A stretch of DNA of 64,000 nucleotides from an uncultured Gemmatimonadales bacterium (GTDB lineage Bacteria > Gemmatimonadota > Gemmatimonadetes > Gemmatimonadales > Gemmatimonadaceae), in assembly GCA_963701965.1 (NCBI GenBank), contig OY969695.1, positions 5,052,567-5,116,566 on the forward strand, read 5' to 3'. Below are positions 8,689 to 18,318 of this stretch, piece by piece. A program made the translations under genes and the position numbers. The notes beneath the pieces are model-generated. The model saw only the letters and a list, made by a program, of their open reading frames with translations, was not told the DNA's origin and searched no databases. Every line of letters begins with the position of its first letter. Within the stretch, counting starts at the first letter, position 1.

Positions 8689-9127
8689 CTCCCAGACGGC
8701 GCTCGACCGCACCTTCGCCGCCCTCGCCGACCCCACCCGGCGCGCGATTCTGGCCCGCCTCGCCACCGGCAACATCACGATCAGTGACGTCGCCCGACCG
8801 TTCCGGATGTCGCTCCCCGCGGTCTCCAAGCACCTCCGCGTCCTGGAGCGCGCCGGCCTGGCGACGATCCATCGCGACGGGCGCGTCCGGCGATGCCGGT
8901 TCGTCGCCGACCCGCTCCGCAACGCCGCCGAGTGGGTGGAGCAATACCGCGCGTTTTGGGACCAGCACCTCGATCAGCTCGCCCACTTCCTGGCCGCACC
9001 CACCACACCGGAGGACGCCTCATGGCCACCACCACCGACACCCCCACGATCCAGCTCGAAGTCCGGCGCGTCTTCGCCGCGCCGCCCGAGCAAGTCTTCG
9101 ACGCGTGGACGACGCCGGAAGAGTTGA
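8681..9127 (+). CDS. ArsR/SmtB family transcriptional regulator
   Basis: LDRTFAALADPTRRAIL...MSLPAVSKHLRVLERAGL. The C-terminal tail overlaps the next gene. Confidence 0.9.
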   Translation: MVYSQTALDRTFAALADPTRRAILARLATGNITISDVARPFRMSLPAVSKHLRVLERAGLATIHRDGRVRRCRFVADPLRNAAEWVEQYRAFWDQHLDQLAHFLAAPTTPEDASWPPPPTPPRSSSKSGASSPRRPSKSSTRGRRRKS

Positions 9128-9459
9128 AGCGCTTTCACGCCCCGGGATCTCTGACCTGCACCGTCGCCGAGGTCGACGCGCGCGTCGGCGGACGGTTGCG
9201 CATCGTCATGCAAAAGGCGGACGGCACCGAGCATCGCGCCACTGGGATCTACCGCACCGTCGACCGGCCGCGCACCCTGTCGCTCACGTGGCGGTGGGAC
9301 CACGATCCGCTGGAGACCCTGATCACGATCGAGTTTCGGCCCAAGGGGACGGGCACGGAGCTCGTCTTCACGCACGTCGGATTCGACACGGTGGAGAGCC
9401 GGGACTCCCACCGGAGTGGCTGGACGGGGATCCTCGACAAGCTCTCCAGCGTGACGTGA
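9022..9459 (+). CDS. SRPBCC/AHSA1 domain protein
   Basis: [15 protein letters not shown]...DARVGG...[20 protein letters not shown] upstream. Confidence 0.9.
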   Translation: MATTTDTPTIQLEVRRVFAAPPEQVFDAWTTPEELKRFHAPGSLTCTVAEVDARVGGRLRIVMQKADGTEHRATGIYRTVDRPRTLSLTWRWDHDPLETLITIEFRPKGTGTELVFTHVGFDTVESRDSHRSGWTGILDKLSSVT

Positions 9460-9484
9460 CCCGGACGCTGGCGGGCACATGCCA

Positions 9485-9511
9485 GGTGGTATATACTGGG
9501 TATATACCACC
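9485..9511. promoter_or_regulatory. Perfect inverted repeat, probable VapBC autorepression operator
   Basis: GGTGGTATATAC-TGG-GTATATACCACC, 12 bp before the antitoxin ATG. Confidence 0.7.
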
Positions 9512-9523
9512 GACCAGCGCCCA

Positions 9524-9859
9524 ATGACTCGCCACCGTCCGAAGACCACGATCCGCACGAGTTCCGCACCCGCTCGTCCGGCCGCGTCGCCGCCAATCGC
9601 CTCCGGACCGACCCGCGCGCGGTTGTTCACGAACGGCCGCTCCCAAGCGGTGCGTCTCCCTAAGGCGTTCCGATTCCCTGGCTCGGAGGTCCTGATCCGG
9701 CGCGGTGACGGAGACACGGTCGTCCTCGAGCCGGTCCCTCAGAGCACCTGGCCGGACCACTATTGGGAGACGATCGACGAGCTCGCAGACGATCTCGCCC
9801 TCGGCCGTGTACCGCCGATCGGCGGGCGTCTGCTCGACGTCGACCTCGAAGAGGACTGA
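9524..9859 (+). CDS. vapB: AbrB/MazE/SpoVT-family antitoxin
   Basis: [20 protein letters not shown] motif; lies directly upstream of a PIN toxin. Confidence 0.88.
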   Translation: MTRHRPKTTIRTSSAPARPAASPPIASGPTRARLFTNGRSQAVRLPKAFRFPGSEVLIRRGDGDTVVLEPVPQSTWPDHYWETIDELADDLALGRVPPIGGRLLDVDLEED

Positions 9860-10261
9860 GTGGGAGCGACTTGGCTGCTGGACACGAACGCCATCATTTA
9901 CTCGGTCAGCGGGCGGCCGCCTCGCGTGCGGGCCGAGCTTCGGCGCCGGAGCCCAACCGACGTGGCCGTCTCCAGCATCACCGTGGCCGAGCTCTGGTAC
10001 GGCGCTGCCAAACACGCCGACCCTGACCGAAAGCGCGGCGCGTGGATCCGCGTACTCGCGCCGTACGAGATCCTCCCGTTCGACCGGGCGGCGGCCGAGG
10101 AGCACGCCGACATCCGATTTGCGCTCCGCCATAACCCGATCGGCGAACGGGATCTTTTCATCGCCGCGATCGCACGCGCCAACGGTCTCACGTTGGTGAC
10201 GCACAACACGCGCGAATTCAAGCGCGTTCCCCACCTCGCCGTCGCAGACTGGGCCGAGTAG
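9860..10261 (+). CDS. vapC: PIN-domain toxin
   Basis: Motifs LLDTNAII, SSITVAELWYG, DLFIAAIA, LVTHNTREF. Confidence 0.93.
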   Translation: MGATWLLDTNAIIYSVSGRPPRVRAELRRRSPTDVAVSSITVAELWYGAAKHADPDRKRGAWIRVLAPYEILPFDRAAAEEHADIRFALRHNPIGERDLFIAAIARANGLTLVTHNTREFKRVPHLAVADWAE

Positions 10262-11359
10262 CTAGCGCACGACGTCGAGCGTCCCGCGGCGAATGCGCGC
10301 CACCAGAAACGCGCGCCCCGCGGGATCGCCCGTCGGCAGGAAGTAGTGCGGCCCCGTGACACCGGCATAGGCGTGGGTCGCATCGAGCCCCGCGAGATAG
10401 CGCCGGACCCCGGCGCGGGTGGGCGCCGCCGCCACCGCGGCCGCCAGGAGCCGCATCGCGTCGTAGGCCAACGCCGCGTCCTCCTCGGGCGCGATGTGAT
10501 AGCGCGCGGTATACGCCTCGCTGAACCGCCGCACCTCGGGCCGCGCATCGCTGTGCGTGAACGGCACGGCAATGTAGGCCCCGTCGCTCCCCGCCGTATC
10601 CGCGTTGATGCCCGACCACCCGTCGCCGCCGATGAACGCCGCCGCCATGCGCTGCCGCCGCGCCTCGCGGAGAATCGCCAATCCCGACGGCGAGAGACCG
10701 GCGACGAACACGACATTGGGCGAGAGCCCGCGGAGATACGTGACGTACGCTTCGTACGAGCGCGCCTCGGGATCGATGGGGAGACTGGCGATGATCGTGC
10801 CGCCCGACGTCCCGCCGAAATGCTGCCGGAACGTGCCGCTCACTCCGCGCCCGTAGGCATCGTTCTCGTACAACACCGCCGCGCGCTTGGCGCCCAGCAC
10901 GGTGCGCGCGAACTGGGCGATGGTCACGCCATTCACCGAATCGCTGCTGATGTTCCGAAACACCCAGGGCGACAGCCCCGTGAGATCGGCCGTGGTCGCC
11001 CACGGTGAGACCACCGGCAACCGGCCATCGTAGATGCGCGCCGCGGCCACCATGGCGTTGGAGTTCATGTGCCCCACGACGCCCAGCACCGCAGGGTCGG
11101 CGATCAGCGATTCGGCCGCGGCGACCGCGCCGGCACCGCTGGCACTGTCATCGAGCCATCGAATGGTGAGTGGCCGCCCGGCGATCCCGCCCGCCGCGTT
11201 GATCTCGGCCGCCGCCATCTCGATGCCGCGGCGACCGTTGATCACATAGTCGAGATGCCAGGGCGCGGCGGCGGCGAGCACCACCGGCGTGGTGTCGCGC
11301 TGGCAACCAGCCGCGACACCGACGAGCGCGAGCGCCAATCCCGACGTCGCAATGCGCAC
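10262..11359 (-). CDS. Branched-chain amino acid (LivJ-type) ABC substrate-binding lipoprotein
   Basis: Lipobox AAGC; AAAEINAAGGIAGR, VVGHMNS, YENDAYG, AALAYDA. Confidence 0.88.
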   Translation of the reverse strand: MRIATSGLALALVGVAAGCQRDTTPVVLAAAAPWHLDYVINGRRGIEMAAAEINAAGGIAGRPLTIRWLDDSASGAGAVAAAESLIADPAVLGVVGHMNSNAMVAAARIYDGRLPVVSPWATTADLTGLSPWVFRNISSDSVNGVTIAQFARTVLGAKRAAVLYENDAYGRGVSGTFRQHFGGTSGGTIIASLPIDPEARSYEAYVTYLRGLSPNVVFVAGLSPSGLAILREARRQRMAAAFIGGDGWSGINADTAGSDGAYIAVPFTHSDARPEVRRFSEAYTARYHIAPEEDAALAYDAMRLLAAAVAAAPTRAGVRRYLAGLDATHAYAGVTGPHYFLPTGDPAGRAFLVARIRRGTLDVVR

Positions 11360-11383
11360 GCCAGATGACGCACGAAACCTATG

Positions 11384-11851
11384 TCATGCAACGGCGCGAC
11401 CGGTCTCCATCCGCTCAGTCAACACGCGGTCGATCGAGAAGGCGCCGCCGCCATAGATCATGACGATGAGCGCCAGGCCCAGGGCCAACAGATGGAACTC
11501 GAAGCCCTCCCCTTTCTGGTTGCCGGCCCAGTTCATGAAAAAGCCGTTGGCGAAGTTCAGCATGTACGCGGCCACGATCATGTTGCACGCGACGCCAAAC
11601 GCGGCCACGCGGCCAAAGAGACCCAGGAGCAGGCCGAGAGAGCCCAAGCCCTCGGCGAGGATCGCCAGCACGGCGAACAACGTCGGGATATGCATCACGT
11701 CCGTGAAGAAATGCATCGTGCCGCCGAATCCGGGCCCGCCGAACCAGCCAAACAACTTTTGCATCCCGTGCGGAAAGATCATGATGCCGAGCGCCAACCG
11801 GGCGATCGTCGGGGAAAAGCTATCGTCCGTCGCGATCAGGGATTGCAGCAT
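11384..11851 (-). CDS. DoxX family membrane protein
   Basis: Motifs PHGMQKLFGWFGGPG, NGFFMNW, GEGFEFHLL, GGGAFSID. Confidence 0.9.
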   Translation of the reverse strand: MLQSLIATDDSFSPTIARLALGIMIFPHGMQKLFGWFGGPGFGGTMHFFTDVMHIPTLFAVLAILAEGLGSLGLLLGLFGRVAAFGVACNMIVAAYMLNFANGFFMNWAGNQKGEGFEFHLLALGLALIVMIYGGGAFSIDRVLTERMETGRAVA

Positions 11852-11860
11852 GACACACTC

Positions 11861-12436
11861 CTAGCGGGAAGGCGTGAGATAGCGCGCGGGAATCTCCAGA
11901 CCGGGACGCTCGGCCTCCCAATAGATCGTCACGACGTACCAGCGCGTCCCATCGTTGAAGAGCTGAAAGCTGTTGATGCCGCGCGCGAATGGCGTGGCAT
12001 CTCCCGGCGCATGACGCGACGCGTAGGCGCTGAAGACCTGCGTCACCGAGCCAAAGGTCTCCGCGGTCCGCCCGATCTCGGTCTCGTAGAATGGCATCTT
12101 GTCGAACGCGGGGCTGACGCGCGCCACGTACTGCTGCGGGGTCATGGCGTTGACGTGCGGCGCGCTTCCGTCCTTGGGGTGCGCCGTCGGGATGAGCCGC
12201 GCACCCGGCGCGAACAGCGAGTAGAACCGGGGCCAATCGCGCGGACCAGCCGGTCCCGAGATCGAGGCGTAGATGGCGTGCATGATGGCGTCCATAGACG
12301 CCACATCTTCGGGCTTGGCCGCGGGCGTGGTCGTGTCGGACGGCGCCGCGGTCTGGGCCCGGCCCGGCGCGGCAAGGGCGGCCAACGAGCCGGCCAACGC
12401 GCCGAGCGTCACGAACGATCTGAGAAGTCGAGTCAT
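11861..12436 (-). CDS. Exported hypothetical protein (NTF2/SnoaL-like)
   Basis: Signal peptide; DVASMDAIMHAIYASISGP...RGINSFQLFNDGTRW. Confidence 0.75.
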   Translation of the reverse strand: MTRLLRSFVTLGALAGSLAALAAPGRAQTAAPSDTTTPAAKPEDVASMDAIMHAIYASISGPAGPRDWPRFYSLFAPGARLIPTAHPKDGSAPHVNAMTPQQYVARVSPAFDKMPFYETEIGRTAETFGSVTQVFSAYASRHAPGDATPFARGINSFQLFNDGTRWYVVTIYWEAERPGLEIPARYLTPSR

Positions 12437-12481
12437 GCGGCAACAATGGGCGCACCCATCGATCTCCGCAAGGCAACCGTG

Positions 12482-12847
12482 CTACTGCGGCGCGGGAACG
12501 TCTGCTTCGAACTCGGCGCCGCTCAGCGCGGGATTGGTGGCGACGGCGCGATAGCCGTTGCCCTCGCCCGGCATGATCACGATGACGGTACCGCGCGACG
12601 GCTTGAACGGCGCGAGATCGGCGACCGCGTACGCGTACGCATGGTGGGCCGTGTAATACGTCGCCTCGGCCTTCTTGAGCTGCACGAGATCCTGCGCCAT
12701 CGCCGCGGCGATCGCCTTCGACGTCGAATCGTTGAGCCCGAGATCCAGCGCACCGCGCGGGAGCGGCGTCCCCTGTTGCGCGGCGAGTGGGCGCGCGCCG
12801 CCCACGACGAGCACGACCGGCACGACCGCGACGAGCGCGGCGCGCAC
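12482..12847 (-). CDS. Exported hypothetical protein with pilin-like globular segment
   Basis: GTG at 12847, Sec-type signal ending LAAQQ; MAQDLVQLKKAEATYYTAHHAYA...GYRAVATN. Confidence 0.55.
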   Translation of the reverse strand: MRAALVAVVPVVLVVGGARPLAAQQGTPLPRGALDLGLNDSTSKAIAAAMAQDLVQLKKAEATYYTAHHAYAYAVADLAPFKPSRGTVIVIMPGEGNGYRAVATNPALSGAEFEADVPAPQ

Positions 12848-12852
12848 GGCGG

Positions 12853-13521
12853 CTACTTCGCTGGGCGAGCCGTCAACTCGCCGATGCGCAAGTGGGCCTC
12901 CCCCGCTTCGGGGCGGGTATCGTCCTTCGCCAGATCGCGCCACAACGTCAGCGCGTTCGCCGTATCGGCGCCCGTTGTGTAGGCACGCGCGGCCATCGCC
13001 TTATAGCGCGCCTTGTCTCCCGTGTACGGCGACAAGTCGGCCGCCTGCCGGTAGTGGGCAGCCGCATCGCGGTACTTGCCCTGTTCCGCGTAGCCGTCCC
13101 CCTGCAGCGCCTCGACGCCCGGCGCGAACGGCGCCGATCCTCCCGCACGCGGCGCCTTGACCAACACCGCGACGCCTTCAGCGAACTTCTGCTGCTGGTA
13201 ATACGTCTCGGCCAGCAGCATCGCCGCCTGCGTCGCCGCCGGGGTCCCGGCGTAGCGGGTGAGCAGGCGCTTGAGATCGGTCTGGGCGAGCGGGATGTTG
13301 CCCGCCGCCAATGACCGCTGCGGTGCCAACAATTGTTCGTCGGCGTGCCGGAGCTGTTGCGCGGACGAGTAGCGATAGAGCCAGAGCAATCCGATAATGG
13401 CGACGAGCACGAGGCCGCCGATACTGACCTCGCGCGTATGAACGCGGGCCCACTCGGTGAGGGACTCGGTCCGATCTTCCAGGCTCGGCCGGCTAGCGGA
13501 CATGGCCGCGGCGGGAGTCAT
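12853..13521 (-). CDS. YfgM-like membrane-anchored TPR protein
   Basis: N-terminal TM helix followed by TPR-like helices (RYAGTPAATQAAMLLAETYY). Confidence 0.75.
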   Translation of the reverse strand: MTPAAAMSASRPSLEDRTESLTEWARVHTREVSIGGLVLVAIIGLLWLYRYSSAQQLRHADEQLLAPQRSLAAGNIPLAQTDLKRLLTRYAGTPAATQAAMLLAETYYQQQKFAEGVAVLVKAPRAGGSAPFAPGVEALQGDGYAEQGKYRDAAAHYRQAADLSPYTGDKARYKAMAARAYTTGADTANALTLWRDLAKDDTRPEAGEAHLRIGELTARPAK

Positions 13522-13591
13522 TCGATGACGGGAAGCGTGGGGTGAACATCAGGGTGGAACTGTGCAAAATACGGGTCACCCGCCGGCGGGG

Positions 13592-14176
13592 CTAGTCGCG
13601 CGCGGGAGTCGTCTCCCGGACTTCATCCCAGGAGACCTCATAGCGGCACACCGCGCCGCCGCGGGCCCGGCACTCTGTCTCCGCCATCTTGACCCCGGTC
13701 GCGCCGCACATCTCCAGCGCGCGCCGATGCCACCCGACGATCGTGAGACAGTCCGGGCGGCTGTACGCTTGGGCGTCGTACGTCGTCAACACGGCCGAGC
13801 GGGCCCCGGTACTCTCGTACTCGCGGCGACCGGTTTCGTAGTAGATGCGATAGATCGCGGGGGCGTTTCGGAGAAAAGCGTGCGGATCGCCGTAGCGTAG
13901 AAATCCCTTGTGCACCGTCATGAGATTCCGCTCCGCCGAGGCGGCGCCGAGCTTCTCGAAGAACTGCGTGTTGCCGCGGGCCAGGACCGCGACGATGGCC
14001 GCGTCGAGACGCTCGCCGAGGTCGAACGGGTACCACGTGATCGGGAGGATGACGCGGAGCGCGGCCTGGTCCTCCACGCTCAAACTGGCGACCACCTTCG
14101 CGGCGGATCCGGCGCCGAAGTTCTCGTCGAGAAACGCCATCCGCGACCTGAGAACGGTCCCCTTGACCTGCTGCAC
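13592..14176 (-). CDS. TIGR02265/DUF2378-like protein with C-terminal V4R motif
   Basis: VKGTVL...ILPITWYP...GWHRRALEMCG...ETECRARGGAVCRYEVSW. Confidence 0.65.
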   Translation of the reverse strand: MQQVKGTVLRSRMAFLDENFGAGSAAKVVASLSVEDQAALRVILPITWYPFDLGERLDAAIVAVLARGNTQFFEKLGAASAERNLMTVHKGFLRYGDPHAFLRNAPAIYRIYYETGRREYESTGARSAVLTTYDAQAYSRPDCLTIVGWHRRALEMCGATGVKMAETECRARGGAVCRYEVSWDEVRETTPARD

Positions 14177-14186
14177 CGATCGTCTC

Positions 14187-14654
14187 CTATGCCTGCTCGT
14201 GGGCTCGCTGAAAGACCGCGTACAGGTGATGCGCCTCGTGCACGAGAAAGAACTCGAACCAGAGCGCGAGGGACAGTGACCCGAACGCCGTGTGTATCGC
14301 TGGACGAGCGAGCTGGCTTGGAGACAACCCCATGGCCACGATGATCAGTTCCTCCCGGCGCTCGCGCATCCGGCTCACGATCTTTAGCACCGGCAGTTGG
14401 CACCACCCGTCGAACTCGGGGTCGTCATCGGCCCGGTAGCGCTCGAGCACCGGCGCCTCTTCCCGCAAAATGCGCTCGAGCCGATACAGAAAGAGCTCGT
14501 GGTAGCGCCCCAGGTGGGCCAGGTTCTGCCGCGCCGACCATTTGCCGGACGGCCGGTGGTCGAGCTGCGCCGCGTTCACGCCGTCCAGTATCGCGTCCAG
14601 GCTGTCGAGCTGCGTCGCCAGCCGCCGAATCCAAGAGGGCTGTTCGTCGATCAT
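14187..14654 (-). CDS. DinB family protein
   Basis: GKWSARQNLAHL and HEAHHL metal-binding motifs; ATG at 14654. Confidence 0.85.
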   Translation of the reverse strand: MIDEQPSWIRRLATQLDSLDAILDGVNAAQLDHRPSGKWSARQNLAHLGRYHELFLYRLERILREEAPVLERYRADDDPEFDGWCQLPVLKIVSRMRERREELIIVAMGLSPSQLARPAIHTAFGSLSLALWFEFFLVHEAHHLYAVFQRAHEQA

Positions 14655-14787
14655 CGCTCCCAATCGCGTGAGGGGTGATCCCTGATCCCGCCCGTACGCC
14701 CGGGACCTAGGGTACACGAGCGCCTGACGGCCGACAACTCCATTAGTTTATCAGCCAGCCGTTGGGCTCGCTATAGCCTGGGCGCGC

Positions 14788-14831
14788 AGTGCCCCCGGGG
14801 TGACTCGAACACCCGGCCAACGGTTTAGGAA
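14788..14831 (-). repeat. att site: duplicated 3' part of tRNA-Arg
   Basis: 44 bp identical to 18317-18360 (AGTGCCCCCGGGG...GGTTTAGGAA). Confidence 0.95.
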
Positions 14832-15054
14832 CGAGATGCCCTAGGGTACAGGAGCGCCCAGGAGCGGACAATCTTCCGTCGGAATGTCCACTCTTGGGCG
14901 CCTATGTCTTCTCGTGTCCTTTCGCGTTCGACGCGACAGGAGACGCGACAAATCATCGTTCCTCGGCGCTGCCTTCCCAGATCCTCCACTTTCCCAATTC
15001 AGCCAGACGGTCTCTCAACTCGGCGTAGCCCGTACGACCTAGGTAGCGCGAGTA

Positions 15055-15297
15055 AACGTCGCGGTCAGGGCCCATCCGTCGACGAGCAGGTCGACGTGCT
15101 GCAGCAGCGTCTCCAGCCACGCGGTGAGCGCCTGATGCTCAGCCGTGTCGGCGGAGACGACCAATCGAAACGCTCCAGGCGTCGAGGCCTATCGACGCCT
15201 GGGGTTCGCACTGGGTGGCTTTGACCTCACGCTCTACGCGGGCACACCGGCGCGCGACGAGTTCGCGCTCAAACTGTCGCGCGCAGGCCGGACGTAA
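15055..15297 (+). pseudogene. GNAT acetyltransferase C-terminal remnant (Sat-like)
   Basis: 15151-15297 translates AETTNRNAPGVEAYRRLGFALGGFDLTLYAGTPARDEFALKLS...*; an RRGQG motif lies upstream in another frame. Confidence 0.55.
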
Positions 15298-15303
15298 CCG
15301 TGT

Positions 15304-16371
15304 CTAGTTGGCCGGGAGATACGAGTCGATGAACTTCCCCAGCGAATCGGCCGCCGGCGGATCGAGGTTCGCCAGGACGACAACGACGTAGCCACTCGCT
15401 GGGTAGATGGAAAGACGGCCGTTCTGTCCCGGCGCGCCGCCGCTGTGACCGATCCGGTGCGCGCCGCTCGGCAGCGTCAGATCGCCCAGGCCAAAGGCCC
15501 ACTTCACTCCCGGGAGCGTCGTCTCGACTTTGCCGGTCATGGCTATGGTGGTATAGTGCGCATTGAGCAGGCGATTGGCAGTGAGCGCGGTCGCAAATCG
15601 GAAGAAGTCGCCGACGGTCGAATAACCGCCGCCGGCCGACGTGCCGCGATCGGGGAGCATGCCGGCGGCCGAGCTCAGCGGGCCGGTGGGCTGGGTTCCG
15701 GGGCCGCCTCGCGTGTACGGGACCGAGAGGCCCGGGACGTTCACTTCGTAATCGCCGGTCGCGTGCATGCCGGCGGGCGCAAAGATGTGATCCTGGACGT
15801 AGGCGTCGTAGCTTTGGCCGCTCACGACTTCGATGACGCGGCCGAGGAGCATGTAACCGTAATTGCTGTACGCCCATTTGCTGCCGGGCGGGAAGTCGAG
15901 TCCGCGAGAGCCCAAGAGTGCGATGTAGTCGCGGATATAGTGCAGGTCTTGCTGGTGGGCATCGAACTCTGGGCCGAAGATGTCGCCGGTGCCGCCAGTG
16001 TGGGTGAGGAGTTGGTAGATTGTGACCTTGGCGACGTCGTGGTTCGGGTAGTCGGTCAGGTATTTCCCGAGCGGGTCGTCGAGGTTGATCTTGCCGGCTT
16101 GGACGAGTTGGGTGATGGCGATACCGGTGAACATTTTCGCCATCGAGCCGAAGCGGAATTTCGTGTCGAGCGTGTTGGGTATTTCCTTTTCGCGATCAGC
16201 ATAGCCGCACGCGGCTTGGAAGAGGGGTTTGCCGTCTTTGGCGATGAGGACGGCGCCCGAAAAGCTGCTGTCGGCGGCTCGGCGCGCGAGCTCCGTCTTG
16301 ATCGCGGCGATCGGCGGCTGCCCGTTGGCGATGGTCGTCGCACAGGCGAAGAACAGGAGGAGCTGTCTCAT
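15304..16371 (-). CDS. Serine hydrolase, beta-lactamase (class C-like) family
   Basis: Signal peptide; SxxK (SMAK), YSN, GHSGG and LLTHTGG motifs. Confidence 0.9.
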   Translation of the reverse strand: MRQLLLFFACATTIANGQPPIAAIKTELARRAADSSFSGAVLIAKDGKPLFQAACGYADREKEIPNTLDTKFRFGSMAKMFTGIAITQLVQAGKINLDDPLGKYLTDYPNHDVAKVTIYQLLTHTGGTGDIFGPEFDAHQQDLHYIRDYIALLGSRGLDFPPGSKWAYSNYGYMLLGRVIEVVSGQSYDAYVQDHIFAPAGMHATGDYEVNVPGLSVPYTRGGPGTQPTGPLSSAAGMLPDRGTSAGGGYSTVGDFFRFATALTANRLLNAHYTTIAMTGKVETTLPGVKWAFGLGDLTLPSGAHRIGHSGGAPGQNGRLSIYPASGYVVVVLANLDPPAADSLGKFIDSYLPAN

Positions 16372-16547
16372 GCTTGATTGGAGGCGCGTGTGGCGCAGAG
16401 GGTTGTCGTCCTGAATGATCGAGCGCAGGACGGAAGACCTCTGGCAAACCATGCGCCAGGGCTCGCGACTTGTACAAGTGCTTGTCGTGTCACGGGTTGC
16501 CACTGCACCGCACCGACGTATGAGTTCAGTTCCGAGACAGGGAGTGC

Positions 16548-16919
16548 GATAACGGACAGTTAGCGGACATTCGCATAGCACTGCGCAGCCTCCGCGCGGC
16601 GCCGGTGCTCGCAGCGACGATCGTGGCGACGCTGGCGATCGCCATCGGTGGCAATACGCGCATCTTCTCCGTCGTCGACGGCGTGCTGCTAAAGCAGCTC
16701 CCTTTCGGCAATGCCGATCGGCTGGTGACGATCACCGCTCGCCAGCCGGGCGGCGACCGGAGTGTGTCAGCGATGGATTTCACGGATTACCGCCGGCACA
16801 TCTCGCTGCTCGACGGGTGGGCGGTGTGGCGGCGCCGGGACGTCGCGCTCACCGGATCGGGCGAGCCCGAGCGGATCGTGGAGGCGGAGGCTGGCCGGCG
16901 CGATCGTGCGGGTTGGTGA
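16548..16919 (+). pseudogene. N-terminal fragment of ADOP/MacB-type ABC permease
   Basis: LADIRIALRSLRAAP...ATLAIAIGGNTRIFSVVDGVLLKQLPFGNADRLV; truncated after ~120 aa and lacks a proper start. Confidence 0.8.
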
Positions 16920-17280
16920 CTGAAACAATTCCGCTGTTCTCGGTCGCCACACTGAAGACCGATCCGACTCCGGTCTCGAACATTCTCATCGGCGAGCGTG
17001 GCCAAGAACCGCTCGGCCTCAGGATGCAAGCATACTTGTCTTGCCGGCGCGAGCGTTCCGATGCTTGCCGCTTCGAGCGCTCCTTCATGTCCTGCGAGTT
17101 GATGCGTGGCATTATCGTACCCTCAGTGTTGAATTGTGCTTCAGGTGTGATGACAACGTACGGGGTGCAAGGCCGACGTCGACGTATTGTTTTGAGTGGC
17201 GTTTGACGACTCAATGCCACGCGCGGCAGCACCGTGTCGTAGACCTGCAACAAAGGCCTGTGGTGGTGGTGCGCGACTAG

Positions 17281-18287
17281 CGAAAGCCTGGCAACGCGAC
17301 GATCACGTCGTTCCTGCCCGAGTTCATGAAGCGGTGGACCAACGAGGGCGGCCGCGACGGTCGGCCGCGCTCTGAGCGCGAGATCGCCGAGCTTCAGGAC
17401 GTGAAGTTGTACCGCGCCGAGCAGTTCTTCGAAGACACGCCGCTCTCTAAGATCACGCGGGCACTCGTGATCGACTGGTCACACCGCCTGCTGTCGGATC
17501 CGGGGCCAACGCGTCGCGCAGTCGAGGCAGAAGAGACGGACCGACCCAAGGGCTTGTCGAAGCGCTCGGCCAAGCACCACGTCGCCGCGCTGCACAACCT
17601 GTTCGAGCACGCGATCGAAGCCGGCCTACTGCCCGAGGGGCACAACCCTGTCACCGGATCACGAAGCGCTTGCGGGTCGAGAAGCAGAAGCCGAAGTGGC
17701 TCACTCCAGCGGACGCGATTCGCTTCGTCAAGGCAGCGAAGGCCGAGGGCGCGGACTTCTACGCCCAGGTCATGACGATGTTCTTCACCGGCGCTCGGCT
17801 CGGCGAGGTGCTTGGGCTGCGCGTCGAAGACGTTCGCCTCGAGGAGAACGAGGTCCACGTGTACGCGAACGAGCACCGTCGCGTGAAGAACGCGTCGAGC
17901 GACCGCGCGACGCCACTGTGGCCGAGGTTGAAGGACGTACTCGTGGAGTGGATCGGTGACCGCGACGACGGCTTGCTGTTCGCAGACGCCGAAGGTCACA
18001 AGCGGAAGTACATCCACCGGCAAGCGTGGGCGCGGGTGTGCAAGAAGACCGGCTTGAAGTTGAATCCGCACGGTGCACGGCACACGTACATCTCGCAGCG
18101 GCGGCAGTGCCTCGACGGCGGAAAGCCTGTGAGCGACAGCACTGTCGCCGAAGAGGTCGGGCACACGACGACCGACCAGATCGAGAAGACCTACGGTCAC
18201 GTCGCGAAGGTGCGTGTGCGCGTCGAGGGGTTCGATTATGAGACTACTTTGCGACAAGTCAGCACCGCCGGCGAGGCTGCTGACTGA
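17281..18287 (+). pseudogene. Tyrosine recombinase/integrase, 5'-truncated, one frameshift near 17655
   Basis: Catalytic R (TGARLGE), K (VKN), HxxR (HGAR), H (GHT) and Y (KTYGH). The SAM-like domain is in the preceding frame. In-frame TAG at 17278-17280. Confidence 0.85.
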
Positions 18288-18318
18288 TCTAAGCCGTTAC
18301 TTCTCATCTGCTTAGAAG

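Noticed and set aside
9022..9127. 106-bp ArsR/SRPBCC overlap as a dual-coding novelty
   Set aside because: The ArsR tail is low-complexity read-through past the usual stop position and is probably non-functional.
14788..14831. Second tRNA-Arg gene
   Set aside because: Only the 3' part is present, so it is an att duplicate.
15304..16371. Antibiotic resistance beta-lactamase
   Set aside because: SxxK/YxN motifs are shared by many esterases and peptidases, and the HSG triad is not the KTG of AmpC. Activity cannot be inferred.
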